A DNA stretch of 64,000 nucleotides, from contig NC_086108.1 of the NCBI RefSeq assembly GCF_963921235.1, positions 79,052,001 through 79,116,000 of the forward strand. The letters run 5' to 3'. The notes under the pieces were generated by a model. That model did no database searches and had not been told where the DNA came from. It saw only the letters and a program-made list of their open reading frames with translations. Positions 11,364 through 23,030 of this stretch are shown here, piece by piece. Source of the DNA: Mobula hypostoma (taxonomy: Eukaryota). Made by a program: the position numbers and the translations under genes. Position 1 is the stretch's first letter. Each line of letters opens with the position of its first letter.

Positions 11364-12269
11364 TGCCTTTAAATCCAATGCACTCGGCAAAACTGATACT
11401 TGTTTCTCATTGCCTTTAAAATACTGCTTAATCCATTCAGTGTACAAAATCCTGTTATCTGTTGTGTAATCTAACGCGTCAATCTTCCCGATGTAGTCAG
11501 CCATTTTGTAGTCAGCTCTTTTTATTTATGACTATTATCATCAGGTATCCACTGTTTAAGAGCCAGTGAATTCTTCCGTTTTCTACCTTTTATTTAACTC
11601 AACTGTCTCTACATGTGCTGCACTGCATTTTTAAAAAATTCGAATATCTCTCTGTACTTCTTCAGGTAGGTAGTCATCTCAGATTTGTTTTAAAAATACC
11701 TCATCACCACTGATGTGGTTTATAAATCTAAAACAATAAAACAAATTGAAAGCAAAACAATGATCTGAGAGATTGAAGTCTCACTTTGTTCTTTACTTTC
11801 AGTGAGACACATACGTAACACATGGTACCAACATGACATATGCAATTCATGTATTTTTACATTTAACCCATAATTAGTTACTTAAACAAACAGGAATGCT
11901 TAATCAAACAATATATTTACCATATTACCCAGATACTATTGAAATATTAAAATCACAACAGTACTAGAGAACAAAAACAAAAATATGCCAAGCATCAGCT
12001 GTGCCTCCAGATTGGAAGATATTTTCCATTGGATATGGTGAGAATTGCTCTCAGAAACCTAGTTTTTAACTCAATTAATCCAATTAAATCTTCTAAAAGA
12101 AGCCAAAAATAATGCTTGACTTTAAAATATATTCTTCTGGCTTCTTCCCACTTCCATTCTAATCCTGAAGAAACATCTCCTCCTGAAACAATGACTCTTT
12201 ATTCCTTTTCATGGATGTTGCCTGACTCCTGAGATCCTCCAGCATATTATGTGCATGACTAAAGAGTTA

Positions 12270-13430
12270 GACAATAAGACCATAAGATTTCGGAGCAGAA
12301 TTAGGCCATTTGACCCATCAAGTCTGCTCCATGATTTCATCATAGCTGATCCATTTTCCCTCTCAGTTGCAATCTCATGCCTGCTTCCCATATCCCTTCA
12401 TGCCCTAACTAATCAAGAACCTATCAACCTTTGCCTTAAATGTATCCAATGACTTGGCCTCCACAGCCACCTGTGGGAAAGAATTCCATAGATTCACCAC
12501 TCCGTAGCTAAAGAAATTCTTCCTCATCTTTGTTCTAAATGAACATCTCTCTATTCTGAGCCTGTGCTCGCTGGTCTTAGATAACCCCACCACAGGAAAC
12601 ACCCTCTCCACATCCACCCAAATGAGGCCTTTCAACGTTTGATAGATTTCAATGAGATCTGCCCTCATTCTTGTGGTTTCCACTGGGTGTAGGCCCAGAG
12701 CCATCAAATGCTCCATATCTGATAAGACTTGCAAACCCGGAATAATTTTCATGAATATCCTTTGAAACCTCTCCAATGTCACACATCCTTTCTTAGATAA
12801 GAAGCCCAAAACAGATCACAATACTCAAAGTGGGGCCTTACCAGTGCTTTATAAAGCCTCAACATTACATCCTTGCTTTATATTCCAGTCTTTCTGAAAT
12901 TAATGCTAACATTGCATTTGCCTTCCTCACGACCAACTCAATCTGCAAATTAACAGCAAGTGAATCTGCATGAAGACTCCCAAGTTCCTTTTCACCTCAG
13001 ATTTTTAAACTTTCTCTCCATTTAGAAAATAGTTTACACTTTTATTTCTTCTACCAAAGTGCATGACCATACACTTCCCAACACTGTATTCTACCTGTCA
13101 CTTCTTTGTCCATTTGCCAAATATGTCTAAGTCCTTCTGAAGCCTCTCTGCTTCCTGAAAACTACCTGTACCTCCACATAGCTTCACATTATCTGCAAAC
13201 TTGGCCACAAAGCCATCAATTCCATCATCCAAATCATTGATTATATAATGCAAAAATAATTGGTCCCGACACAGATCCCTGTGGAACACTGCTAGTCACT
13301 GGCAGACAACCAGAAAAGGCTCCCTTTATTCCCACTCTTTGTCTCATACCAATCAGCCAATGTTTGATCCTTGCTATTATCTGTCCTGTAACACCAGGAG
13401 CTCTTAACTTGTTCAGCAGCCTCATGTGTG
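12270..13430 (-). mobile_element. 5'-truncated CR1 LINE
   Basis: VTSSVPQGSVSGP, INDLDDGIDGFVAKFADNVKL; 3' tail (tcttatgg) near 12275. Confidence 0.92.
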
Positions 13431-13511
13431 ACACATTAGAGTCAGAAAAATACAGCACAGAAACAGGCCCCTTCGCCTTTAGTCCATGCCAAAACCATTT
13501 AAACTGCCTAT

Positions 13512-13920
13512 TGTATTCACTAGAATTCAGAAGAATGAGGGGTGACCTCATTGAAACCTATTGAATGGTGAAAGTCCTTGATTTAGAATGTATGTGGAGA
13601 GGATGTTTCCTATGGTGGAAGTGTTTAAGACCAAAGGACACAGACTCAGAATAGAGGGCATCCTTTTAGAATGGAGATGAGGAGGAATTTCTTTAGCCAG
13701 AGAGTGGTGATTCTGGGGAATTCTTTGCCATAGGCAGCCGTGGAGGTCGTCTTTATGTATATTTAGGGCAGAGGTGGATAGATTCTTGATTGGTCAGGGC
13801 ATGAAGGGATACGGGAAGAAGGCAGGAGATTGGGGCTGAGAGGAAAATCGGATCAGCCATGATGAAATGACAGAGCAGACTCGATGGGCCAAATGGACTA
13901 ATTCTGTACCTATATCCTAT
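13512..13920 (+). mobile_element. Nested CR1 3' fragment
   Basis: LEFRRMRGDLIETY and a CR1 3' UTR in opposite orientation to the host CR1. Confidence 0.88.
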
Positions 13921-14292
13921 AGTTTACTCCCATCAACATGCACCAGGACCAGAGGCCTCCAAATTTCTACCATCCATGTACCTATCCAAACTTCTCTTAA
14001 ATTTTGAAATCGAAGTCACATGCACCACTTGTGTTGGCAGCTCATTCCGCACTCTCAAGACCCAGTGAGTGAAGAAGTTTCCCTTCATGTTTCCCTTAAA
14101 GTTTTTACCTTTCACCCTTAACCCATGACCTCTGGTTGTAGTCCCACCGAACCATAGTGGAAAAGGCCTACTTGCCTTAACCCTATCTATATCCCTCATA
14201 ATTTTGCATATCTCTATCAAATCTCCTCTCAGTCTTCTATGTTCAAAAGAATACAGTCTAACCTGCTTAAACTTTCCTTATAATTCAGATCT

Positions 14293-15524
14293 TGTTATGC
14301 TGGGAGCGAACCCAAATGCAAGACAGAGACACTGCAGTTCTAGGCACAGGATTGGATTTGGCAAGAAAGCAAGGGGAGTCAGGAAGAGACGATGCTGGAC
14401 ATTGACACAGGCCCTGGATGAGACTAAGATTCAGGGCCTGGGCTAGGACTTGGGCTAGCAGCACGGGACCTGGACGTGGAATGAGGAACAAGGAGCCTGG
14501 ACTAGGAACTCGGAACTCCAGAACCAGAGTCTGGAGAAGGATCCGGAACCTGGGTCTTGACTCGGAACCGGAACCGGAACCCGGGTCTAGGCTAGGACTC
14601 GGGACTAGGATCTTGGCAAGGACAGAATGTGGCTACAGGACAGGACGTGGGACTCCTGCGCAGGACGAGGCACATGGACAGGACGAGAACACAAAGCCTT
14701 GGCTTGGACAGGACGAGGTTCTTGGATGTGGCTTGTTCAGGACGAGAGACTCCTGGACAAGACAAGGGAACTCCAGCACCGAGCTGGGCGAGGAATCTCC
14801 AGCACAGGATGTGGCTCTTGAACTAGATTTGGCTCGGCTCTTGGACTCAGCTTGGTTAGGCCCTTGGGTACGGAGCTGGGATTCCTCCAAGAAGCACAGG
14901 GCCGGGACCCTTTCTAGGACACAGGGCCGGGATGACTGCCGAGGATTCGAATGGGGATGATCCAGCACAGGATGAGGAATCTCCAGCACCGGGCTGGGCG
15001 AGGTACTCGGACTGGAAGAGTATATGAAGCTCAGACTTGGACAGGGCTGGAACACAGCACCTGGACTTGGTCTTGGAACACAGGAACACAGAGCCTTGGA
15101 CTTGAGCACAGGAACAGGGAACACAGAGTCAGGATCCCTCTTTGGGAACAGGACGTAGGGCCGGGACTCGTACACAAAAAACGGAACACTGAACACGGGG
15201 ACACAAAGAGACAGTTCCAAACTCAATGATAGATAGTTCCTTCTCTTGGCATGGCAAGGCTCTGGTCTCACTCCGGCAGTTGAACTTGACAAGGTTGCTG
15301 ACGAGGTTTCAGGAGAAGGTTTCAGAAGGAAGGGAGAGGGAAGGGAACAGTCCAGCAAACAATTCCTGGTTTGCAGAGGTATTTATGTGCCAGACCAAAA
15401 TGAGAATCAGGTGCCTCAATTAAGGCACCCAACAGAACAAGGGAGAAAACAGGAAAGCCCGGAACAAGGATCGATGGACTGGACCGTGAACCAGAATGTG
15501 GACTTCACGGTCCGGACCATGACA
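14293..15524. mobile_element. 1232-bp TG...CA element (solo LTR-like) with internal degenerate tandem repeats
   Basis: Ends tgttatg...catgaca; 5-bp TSD gatct (14288-14292, 15525-15529); the host CR1 resumes after it. Confidence 0.82.
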
Positions 15525-18500
15525 GATCTCTTCAGGCCCGGCAACATCCTTGTAAGTTTTCTCTGTACTCTTTCAAACTTGTTTACATTTTTCCTGTAGA
15601 TAGGTGACCCAAACTGCAGACAATATTCCAAATTAGGCCTCACCAATGTCTTATACAACTTCTCTATAACATCCCATCTCCTGTACTCAATACTTTGATT
15701 TATGAAGGCCAAGGTTCAAAAGCTTTCTTTACAACCCTATCTACATACGAATTACGGACTTGTATTCTCAGATCCCTTTGTTCTACTGCACTCCTCAGTG
15801 CCCTACCATTCACTGTCCTGTTCTTTCTGGTCCTACCAAAGTGGAAAACCTCTCACTTGTCTGCACTCAATTCCATCTGCCATTTTTCAGCCCATTTGTT
15901 CAGCTGGTCCTGTTCCTTTTGCCAGCCACTACACTCCCAATTCTGGTGTCATTCACAAATTTGCTGATCCATTTGACCACATTATGATCCAGACCATTGA
16001 TATAGATGACAAACATCAAAGGACCCAGCAGAGATCCCTGTGGCACACTACTAGTCACAGGCTTCCAGTCAGAGAGGCAACCATCTACTACCACTCTCTG
16101 GCTTCTCCCACAAAGCCAATGTCTAATTCAATTTACTACCTCTTCTTGAATGCCAAGCAACTGAACTTTTTTGACTAACTTGCCTTGCTAAATTTCATGT
16201 AGACATCATACACTGCCTTGCCTTCATCTTCATCCACTTTCCTGATAACTTCCTCAAAAAACTCTACAAGGTTGGTTAGGCATGATCTACCACACACAAA
16301 GCTATGCTGACTATTGCTTATCAGTCCAAGTCCATCTAAATACTTATATACCTGGTCCCTTAGAGTATTTTCCAATAACTTTCCCACTACTGATGGCAGG
16401 CTCACCAGCCTATAATTTCCTGGTTTATGTTTCCTGGTATATTTTTCACACAGTGGAACAACATTGGCTAGCCTCCAATCCTGTTACCTCTCCTGTCATG
16501 AAGGATGACTTAAGTATCTCTGCTAGGGCCCTGGCCATTTATGCATTTGCTTCCTGTAGGGTCCAACTGAACACTTTGTTAGACCCTAGGGATTTATCCA
16601 CCCTGATTTGCGTCAGAATAGCAAATACCTCCTGCTGTAATCTGTACAGGGTTCATGAAGTTGATGCCGCTTTGCCTCACTTCTCTAGTCTCTGTGTCCG
16701 TCTCCTGAGTAAATGCAGATGCAAAGACAAAGGAAGCATTGAGGATCTCCGCCATCTGTTTTGGCTCCACATATGGATTACCATTCTAATCTTCCAGAGA
16801 ACAAGTTTTGTCCTTTACAATCCTTTTGCTCTTAACATATCTGTAGAATCCCTTGGAGTCTCTTCACCATGTCTGCTAGAGCAACCTCACTCCTGCTTTT
16901 AGCCCATCTGATTTCTTTCTTATGTGTTCTCTTGCATTTCTTATACCCCTCAAGTATCTCATTTGTTCCTACCTGCCCATACCTGCAATGTACCTCCTTT
17001 ATTATTTCAACCAGGGCCTCAATATCTTTTGAAAACCAAGGTTCCCTATACTTGTTATAGGGAATTTATTCTGATAAGCTCATAAAACTCTGTACTCTCA
17101 AAATTTCACTTTTGAAGGCCTCCCACTTACCAAGTACACCTTTGCCAGAAAACCTGTTCCAATCCACACTTGACAGATTATTTCTAATACCATCAATATT
17201 AACTTTACTCCAATTTTGAATCTCAACTTGTGGACCAGACCAATCTTTTTGCATATTTACTTTGAAACTATTGGCATTATGGCCACAAAATGCAAAGTGT
17301 TCCAGACCTTCTGAAAGGCTTTCTGAAAATTCTAGTACACAGCATCCATCGATTCTCCTTTGTCTATCCTGCTTGTTATTTCTTCAAGATTGACAGGTTA
17401 CAGAATAACTTAAAATTTGTTGAAAGGTGTTTGTTAAAATCCACTTTGTTTTCATTTAGGACCTTAACAATGTTCCCTGTGGAATTAAGTTTTATTTTAT
17501 TGTTAACATTATGACGATATTGCTAACCAGACTAAATTTGATTGGTCATCCCCAACTGTTCTAGAACTGAGGAGCTTACTTGGAATTTCCAAAGCCAATT
17601 AAGAGTGGTGTGTCTGAGAATCACATACAGGCCAGATAAGGTTGTATGATTTCCTTCTTCAAAGTATATAAACCAGATAATTTTTATGACAGTCTGATGG
17701 TTTTTAATAGATATTTCAAATTATTATTATTATTTACTTGTACTTAAATTGCAGTTACCAGAGATTCAAAATCATATCTCCAAATCAATAAACTAAGTCA
17801 CTACACTAAACCAGTAATTTAAGTTAACTACTTCCAGAGTACTTGAATAAGTAGGTACATATATGAATTTAATACAGGGACTTGGGATTTGTTAAGGAGC
17901 GGATGATGACTAGCATCAATACAGTGGACCAAACAGCCTGTTTCTATGCTGTACAATTTTGTGACTCTACTATTTAACTAGCCAAACATATTATGGCATA
18001 AGAAATAATAGAAAATACCAAGGATATGCAAGGATGTCCTCAGTTCCAAGACAAAAAAATCAAGGAAAACTTCAGATATCATAAAATATTCAATCTTTAC
18101 CAGTTATATTTCTTGATATGACACTTCAATGTACTCAAAGTCTCAGGAAGGATGTTTCATACCATGATCCTTTGTGTCTATCATCTTGTTCATGATCAGA
18201 TATTCATCTAATTATTTCAAAAATACATTGATCAACTTTGTGTTAACAGTAGAGCTGGACTGAACTGGATATTGAATCTTTTCTTGTCACTTTAGGTTGT
18301 CTGAGACTAATTTCATCTGTGCTCTTTTCCCTCATGTTCTGCACTTAACATTAATCAGTAGAGACAGGAAAACCATATATAATTTTTCTTAAAGCTGCAT
18401 GATGGATTTATTTGACAGCAATTCTAAATACCAATAAATAATGTAACAATACAGAGCAAAAAAAAATCATCCCACAGAGTATGCTGAAAAAAAATGTGCT

Positions 18501-18924
18501 ATTGAAGAAATTAATAATGGCAATACTGTTCAAGTGAACTGCATACATTTTCCGTGTAGACATATAGTCAAAGAATTTACTGAATTTGCAAAATTTTTGC
18601 AGTATTTTAATGCTTTAGTAAATCACACAACTACTTGATTATTGAGCCAAAATGTTGATTATAAAATTGTTGGAATGCATAGAATTGTTTTATAATTTAT
18701 TTAGGTCTTCAGCCATTCCAAACATTTTCAGTGGAAGTGAACAAATGAATAAAATTTGCTAAATTGGTATATATTGACCTTGATTAAGAAAGCATGTTGA
18801 ATCAGGACTGTGCAAGGTGCCAAGCCCAATATGTTAGTTATCATTGAAGAAATTGATGCAATGGCCATTCCGTGACTTGCTCCAAGTGCGTATGCAAAGC
18901 CATTATGACCATGCATTAGGGAAC

Positions 18925-19530
18925 TATATGACTATGAAGACACATGGTCCTCTTTTATTGTCATTTAGTAATGCATGCATTAAGAAATGATACTTTATTT
19001 CCTCCGGTGTGATATCACAAAACACAGGACAATGTACCAAGACTGAAAAAACTGACAAAACCACATAATTATAACATATAGTTACAAACAGTGTAATGAT
19101 ACCATAACTTGATGAAGAAGTCCGTGAGTACAGTAAAGTTCAAAGTTTCTCAATGTCCCACATCTCATACAGACGGGAGAAGGAAGAAAAACTCTCCCTG
19201 CCATGCTGACCACAATCCGACTCAGAGTCATCCGAAAACTTTGAGCTCTGATCAGCTCTCCGACACCGAGTACTGAGGGGCATCTCTGTCCGAACGGTCC
19301 GAACGATTTGACCTCCTTCTCAGTCGCCAAAAGCAGGCAAGGCCGGGGATTTTGAGGCCTACCCTCCGAAAGATTCCCGACCACACAGTAACGACAGCAG
19401 CAAACGGGCGTTTCAGAAATTTCTCCAGATGTTCCTCTGTGCTTTCACGTCCGTCTCCATCAAATCAAAATTGTCCACGGCCCCTATTGAACAGATATGA
19501 TATCATTTTTCACCAGAGGGCGGCGCACAG
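18925..19530 (-). mobile_element. Non-coding interspersed repeat, probable non-autonomous retroposon
   Basis: CpG-rich 600-bp block in AT-rich DNA; minus strand ends aataaaa followed by catagt-like repeats. Family not determined. Confidence 0.45.
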
Positions 19531-20199
19531 TTTGAGATGCCCAGCCTGTTTAATATTTGAGTTCAATCCTGCGACCCTCTGTACATGCGCACATTTCTGA
19601 GAGTAACCCAATTTTTGTTTTCAATTTGTGAAACATACACAAAGGATCCAATCACATTTAGCAATTAGACTGCAAATAAAATTGTATCAAAAGGGATATA
19701 AAACATGATGCTCTGCAAAAGAATCTCTGACTTATCTTCTTCATATCCATTTAGTCTTCTTTTCGACTATCCTGCCACATTTTATTTCCAGAGCCTTCCA
19801 TTACTAAGTATCTTGCTCCCTATCTCCTGTTTAGGCAATTTTATCCATAGTGCAAGAGCTTAAAGACTATCATGTAACTTCATTTGTTGTTGGAACATGA
19901 TTAAATTTTACCCACATGGTATGGTGTCTTCAATTGTGTGCTGATTAACACTGGACTATAATTTCAAGTTTTGGGTAATTTCTTCAAATAATTGGATTTA
20001 ATTCCTATCATACCATCTAAGGAAATTAAATTCAAGTATTTAAATAAATCAGAAATTCCTTTTTAATTAATTTCAGTAATGGTAAAATGTTGTAATCCTA
20101 GAAATGCTTCAAGAATATTTTTGGTGAATTCAATTGCTTCAGGAAAGGAAATGTTGCCACCCTTTCATAGCCTGGATGTGATTCAGATCCACCACTAAT

Positions 20200-20389
20200 T
20201 AGGACCAAAGAAATGGCAGATGCTGGAATCTGGAGAAATACTCAAAACACTGGAGGAACACAACAGGTCAAGCAGCATCTATGGAGGGAAATAGACCATT
20301 GATGGGACCCAACCTAAATGTCACCTGTCAATTTCCCTCCATAGACAATGTCTAACCTACTACGTTCCTGCAGTACTTTTTGTGTTGCA
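20200..20389. mobile_element. Older Penelope-terminus fold-back mini-element
   Basis: Arms include tctatggagggaaat / atttccctccataga; flanked by ccaccactaat / ccatcactaat. Confidence 0.72.
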
Positions 20390-21248
20390 CCATCACTAAT
20401 GTGTTTGACACTTAATAGCTTTTTTTAGTTCAGAAGCAAGGAGGGATAGAAAATAATTGCTGGTACAGTATTACCAGTGACATCTAGATGCTGTGAAAAG
20501 GAACTGTTTTCATTGCAAAGATCCACTGGATTAAGTTTTAATACACTGCAATTTTCAGTTCATTTAATAAAATAATATTTAACATTCTGAATAATTGTAG
20601 AATTAGCTGTTGCAACACAGAAGCGTCTTTGAGTACACCATAAACTTTTCTCACCATGTCCTTTTTTCAGAGTTACACTAAAATATCTCAAACCGCTTGT
20701 TTTGTGTGTTTCAGTGGCCTAGACCCATAACTTATTTCAGAATTAATTTAATCATGGTATGTAAACTTTTCAACTAACTTTCTTTCTTGACTTCCTGAAT
20801 ACAAAATAAAATCAGTCCCTTGGTACTCAAATCCTTCCTTTGGATCATCATTCTTGTCTAGGTGGAAATACTAATGATATGGCACATGGAAGACCTTATC
20901 CCAATGTTACTGCAGTTGTATGAAGGATGCTTCCTTTGAGACCAATAATTCTCCAGCAGAGAATTTATGAAGTGTGTTTTAATTGCTATGCAATAATTAT
21001 AAATTAGCATGCTACTGATTGGAAAGTTTACTGTTGCGCATTGTTTGAAGCAAAACAAAAACCACAGTTGTCTGAAAATGAATTTTGGCCATGCATGTTT
21101 GCAATATTAATACATCAGTAGGACTAAAACAAAATGTCAATTGCCAGAGATGTGTAATTATTTTCATTTGGTTTCCTATTTTGGAGGAAGTGGCATTACT
21201 ATTTCATAACTTACAATTTTAAAGAGGATAAGCAACATGGATTACTTC

Positions 21249-22530
21249 AAACACATCAAAGTTGCTGGTGAATGCAGCAGGCCAGGCAGCATCTCTAGGA
21301 AGAGGCACAGTCGACGTTTCAGGCCGAGACCCTTCGTCAGGACTAACTGAAGGAAAAGCTAGTAAGAGATTTGAAAGTGGGAGGGGGAGGAGGAGATCCA
21401 AAATGATAGGAGAAGACAGGAGGGGGAGGGATGGAGCCAAGAGCTGGACAGGTGATTGGCAAAAGGGATATGAGAGGATCATGGGACAGGAGGCCCAGGG
21501 AGAAGGAAAAGAGGGAGGGGGGGAAACCCAGAGGATGGGCAAGGGGTATAGTCAGAGGGATAGAGGGAGAAAAAGGAGAGAGAGAGAAAGAATGTGTGTA
21601 TATAAATAAATAACAGATGGGGTACGAGGGGGAGGTGGGGCATTAGCAGGTTAGAGAAGTCGATGTTCATGCCATCAGGTTGGAGGCTACCCAGACAGAA
21701 TATAAGGTATTGTTCCTCCAACCTGAGTGTGGCTTCATCTTTACAGTAGAGGAGGCCGTGGATAGACATATAAGAATGGGAATGGGATGTGGAATTAAAA
21801 TGTGTGGCCACTGGGAGATCCTGCTTTCTCTGGTGGACAGAGCGTAGGTGTTCAGCAAAATGATCTCCCAGTCTGCGTCGGGTCTCGCCAATATATAGAA
21901 GGCCACATCGGGAGCACTGGACGCAGTATATCACCCCAACCAGCTCACAGGTGAAGTGTCGCCTCACCTGGAAGGACTGTCTGGGGTCCTGAATGGAGGT
22001 AAGGGAGGAAGTGTAAGGGCATGTGTAGCACTTGTTCCGCTTACAAGGATAAGTGCCAGGAGGGAGATCAGTGGGGAGGGGTGGGGGGGGGATGAATGGA
22101 CAAGGGAGTCGCGTAGGGAGCAATCCCTGCGGAAAGAAGGGGGGGGGGAGGGAAAGATGTGCTTAGTGGTGGGATCCTGTTGGAGGTGACGGAAGTTACG
22201 GAGAATAATATGTTGGACCCGGAGGCTGGTGGGGTGGTAGGTGAGGACCAGGGGAACCCTATTCCTAGTGGGGTGATGGGAGGATGGAGTGAGAGCAGAT
22301 GTGCGTGAAATGGGGGAGATGCGTTTGAGAGCAGAGTTGATGGTGGAGGAAGGGAAGCCCCTTTCTTTAAAAAAGGAGGACATCTCCCTCGTCCTGGAAT
22401 GAAAAGCCTCATCCTGAGAGCAGATTTGGCGGAGACGGAGGAATTGCGAGAAGGGGATGGCATTTTTGCAAGAGACAGGGTGAGAAGAGGAATAGTCAGC
22501 TGTGAGAGTCAGTAGGTTTATAGTAGACAT
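21249..22530 (-). mobile_element. Young 5'-truncated Neptune-type Penelope element (RT C-terminus, Cys linker, GIY-YIG, pLTR)
   Basis: DYSSSHPVSCKNAIPFSQFLRLRQICS; GTYPCKRNKCYTC; VIYCVQCSRCGLLYIGETRRRLGDHFAEH; LQPDGMNIDF. Confidence 0.93.
21309..21344 (-). ncRNA. Minimal type I hammerhead ribozyme in a Penelope terminus
   Basis: AGUC-CUGACGA-AGG(GUCUCGG)CCU-GAAAC-GUC/GACU. Confidence 0.82.
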
Positions 22531-22635
22531 GTGAGAGTCAGTATTTCAAATCCTATTTGGCTCCATTAATGACCATTGCATCCAGTGAAGCAATCTTGTA
22601 GCATGTTGCTGGAATCCACTGCAGCATTTATGCTA

Positions 22636-22754
22636 ACAACAGGAATTCTGCAGATGCTGGAAATTCAAGCAACTCACATAAAAGTTGCTGGTGAACACAG
22701 CAGGCCAGTCAGCATCTCTAGGAAGAGGTGCAGTCGACGTTTCAGGCCGAGTGT
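22636..22754 (-). mobile_element. Very short Penelope 3' end insertion with 16-bp TSD
   Basis: TSD tgcagcatttatgcta (22620-22635, 22755-22770); same terminus acaacaggaattctg as 11146. Confidence 0.9.
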
Positions 22755-22873
22755 TGCAGCATTTATGCTACATGTATAGAATCTCTCATTTGGAAGATAG
22801 GTTAAAACTGATTATCAGATACTCCTGAAAATTTATTATAGATTATGTTCAATACATATTTTTTATTGCTTAC

Positions 22874-23030
22874 AAGATGTGGACATCTCTGGAAAGACAA
22901 GATTGTTGTTATTGGTCTTAGTGCTATATCATCCTTCAACTCCATGATGGATTTCTCCAAATGTGACTTCTTACTCAACCTGGATTTTATTTTATTTTTT
23001 GCTTTTCCACTGTCAGATGTTTTTAGTTGC
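22874..23030 (-). other. Candidate exon of an unidentified divergent transcript
   Basis: tttatatttag acceptor, GTAAGC donor, 157 nt open frame QLKTSDSGK...MELKDDIALRPITTILSFQRCPHL. No homology recognised. Confidence 0.3.

Larger units (their letters stand above)
8740..11960 (-). mobile_element. Old Gypsy LTR retrotransposon (gag-protease, no RT) with captured host cDNA and nested insertions
   Basis: Diverged LTRs at about 8740-8973 and 11711-11960. PBS-like tggtgatgagg next to the upstream LTR and PPT-like aagcagggggt. Gag MADYIGKID...AYSLLRSL...EPKPLLIAESFRFHKWNQKEGES; protease MELVTGSAISVIP. Possible TSD atact/gtact. Confidence 0.85.
13435..17290 (-). mobile_element. CR1 LINE ORF2, interrupted at 13512-13920 and 14293-15524
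   Basis: SVVGKLLENTLRD, GRSCLTNLVEFFEEV, VPQGSLLGP, YKTLVRPNLEYC, TRGHGLRVKG. Confidence 0.9.

Noticed and set aside
14418..15358. Several 180-241 aa ORFs
   Set aside because: Low-complexity products of the repeat-rich LTR-like element; no protein motifs.
19511..19524. CTCF-like motif caccagagggcggc at the end of a repeat
   Set aside because: A single short motif match with no supporting evidence.
18160..21075. Further minus-strand exon candidates (acceptors near 18339, 20795, 21072; ORF 18728-18916)
   Set aside because: Early stops or no recognisable homology; no coherent gene model.
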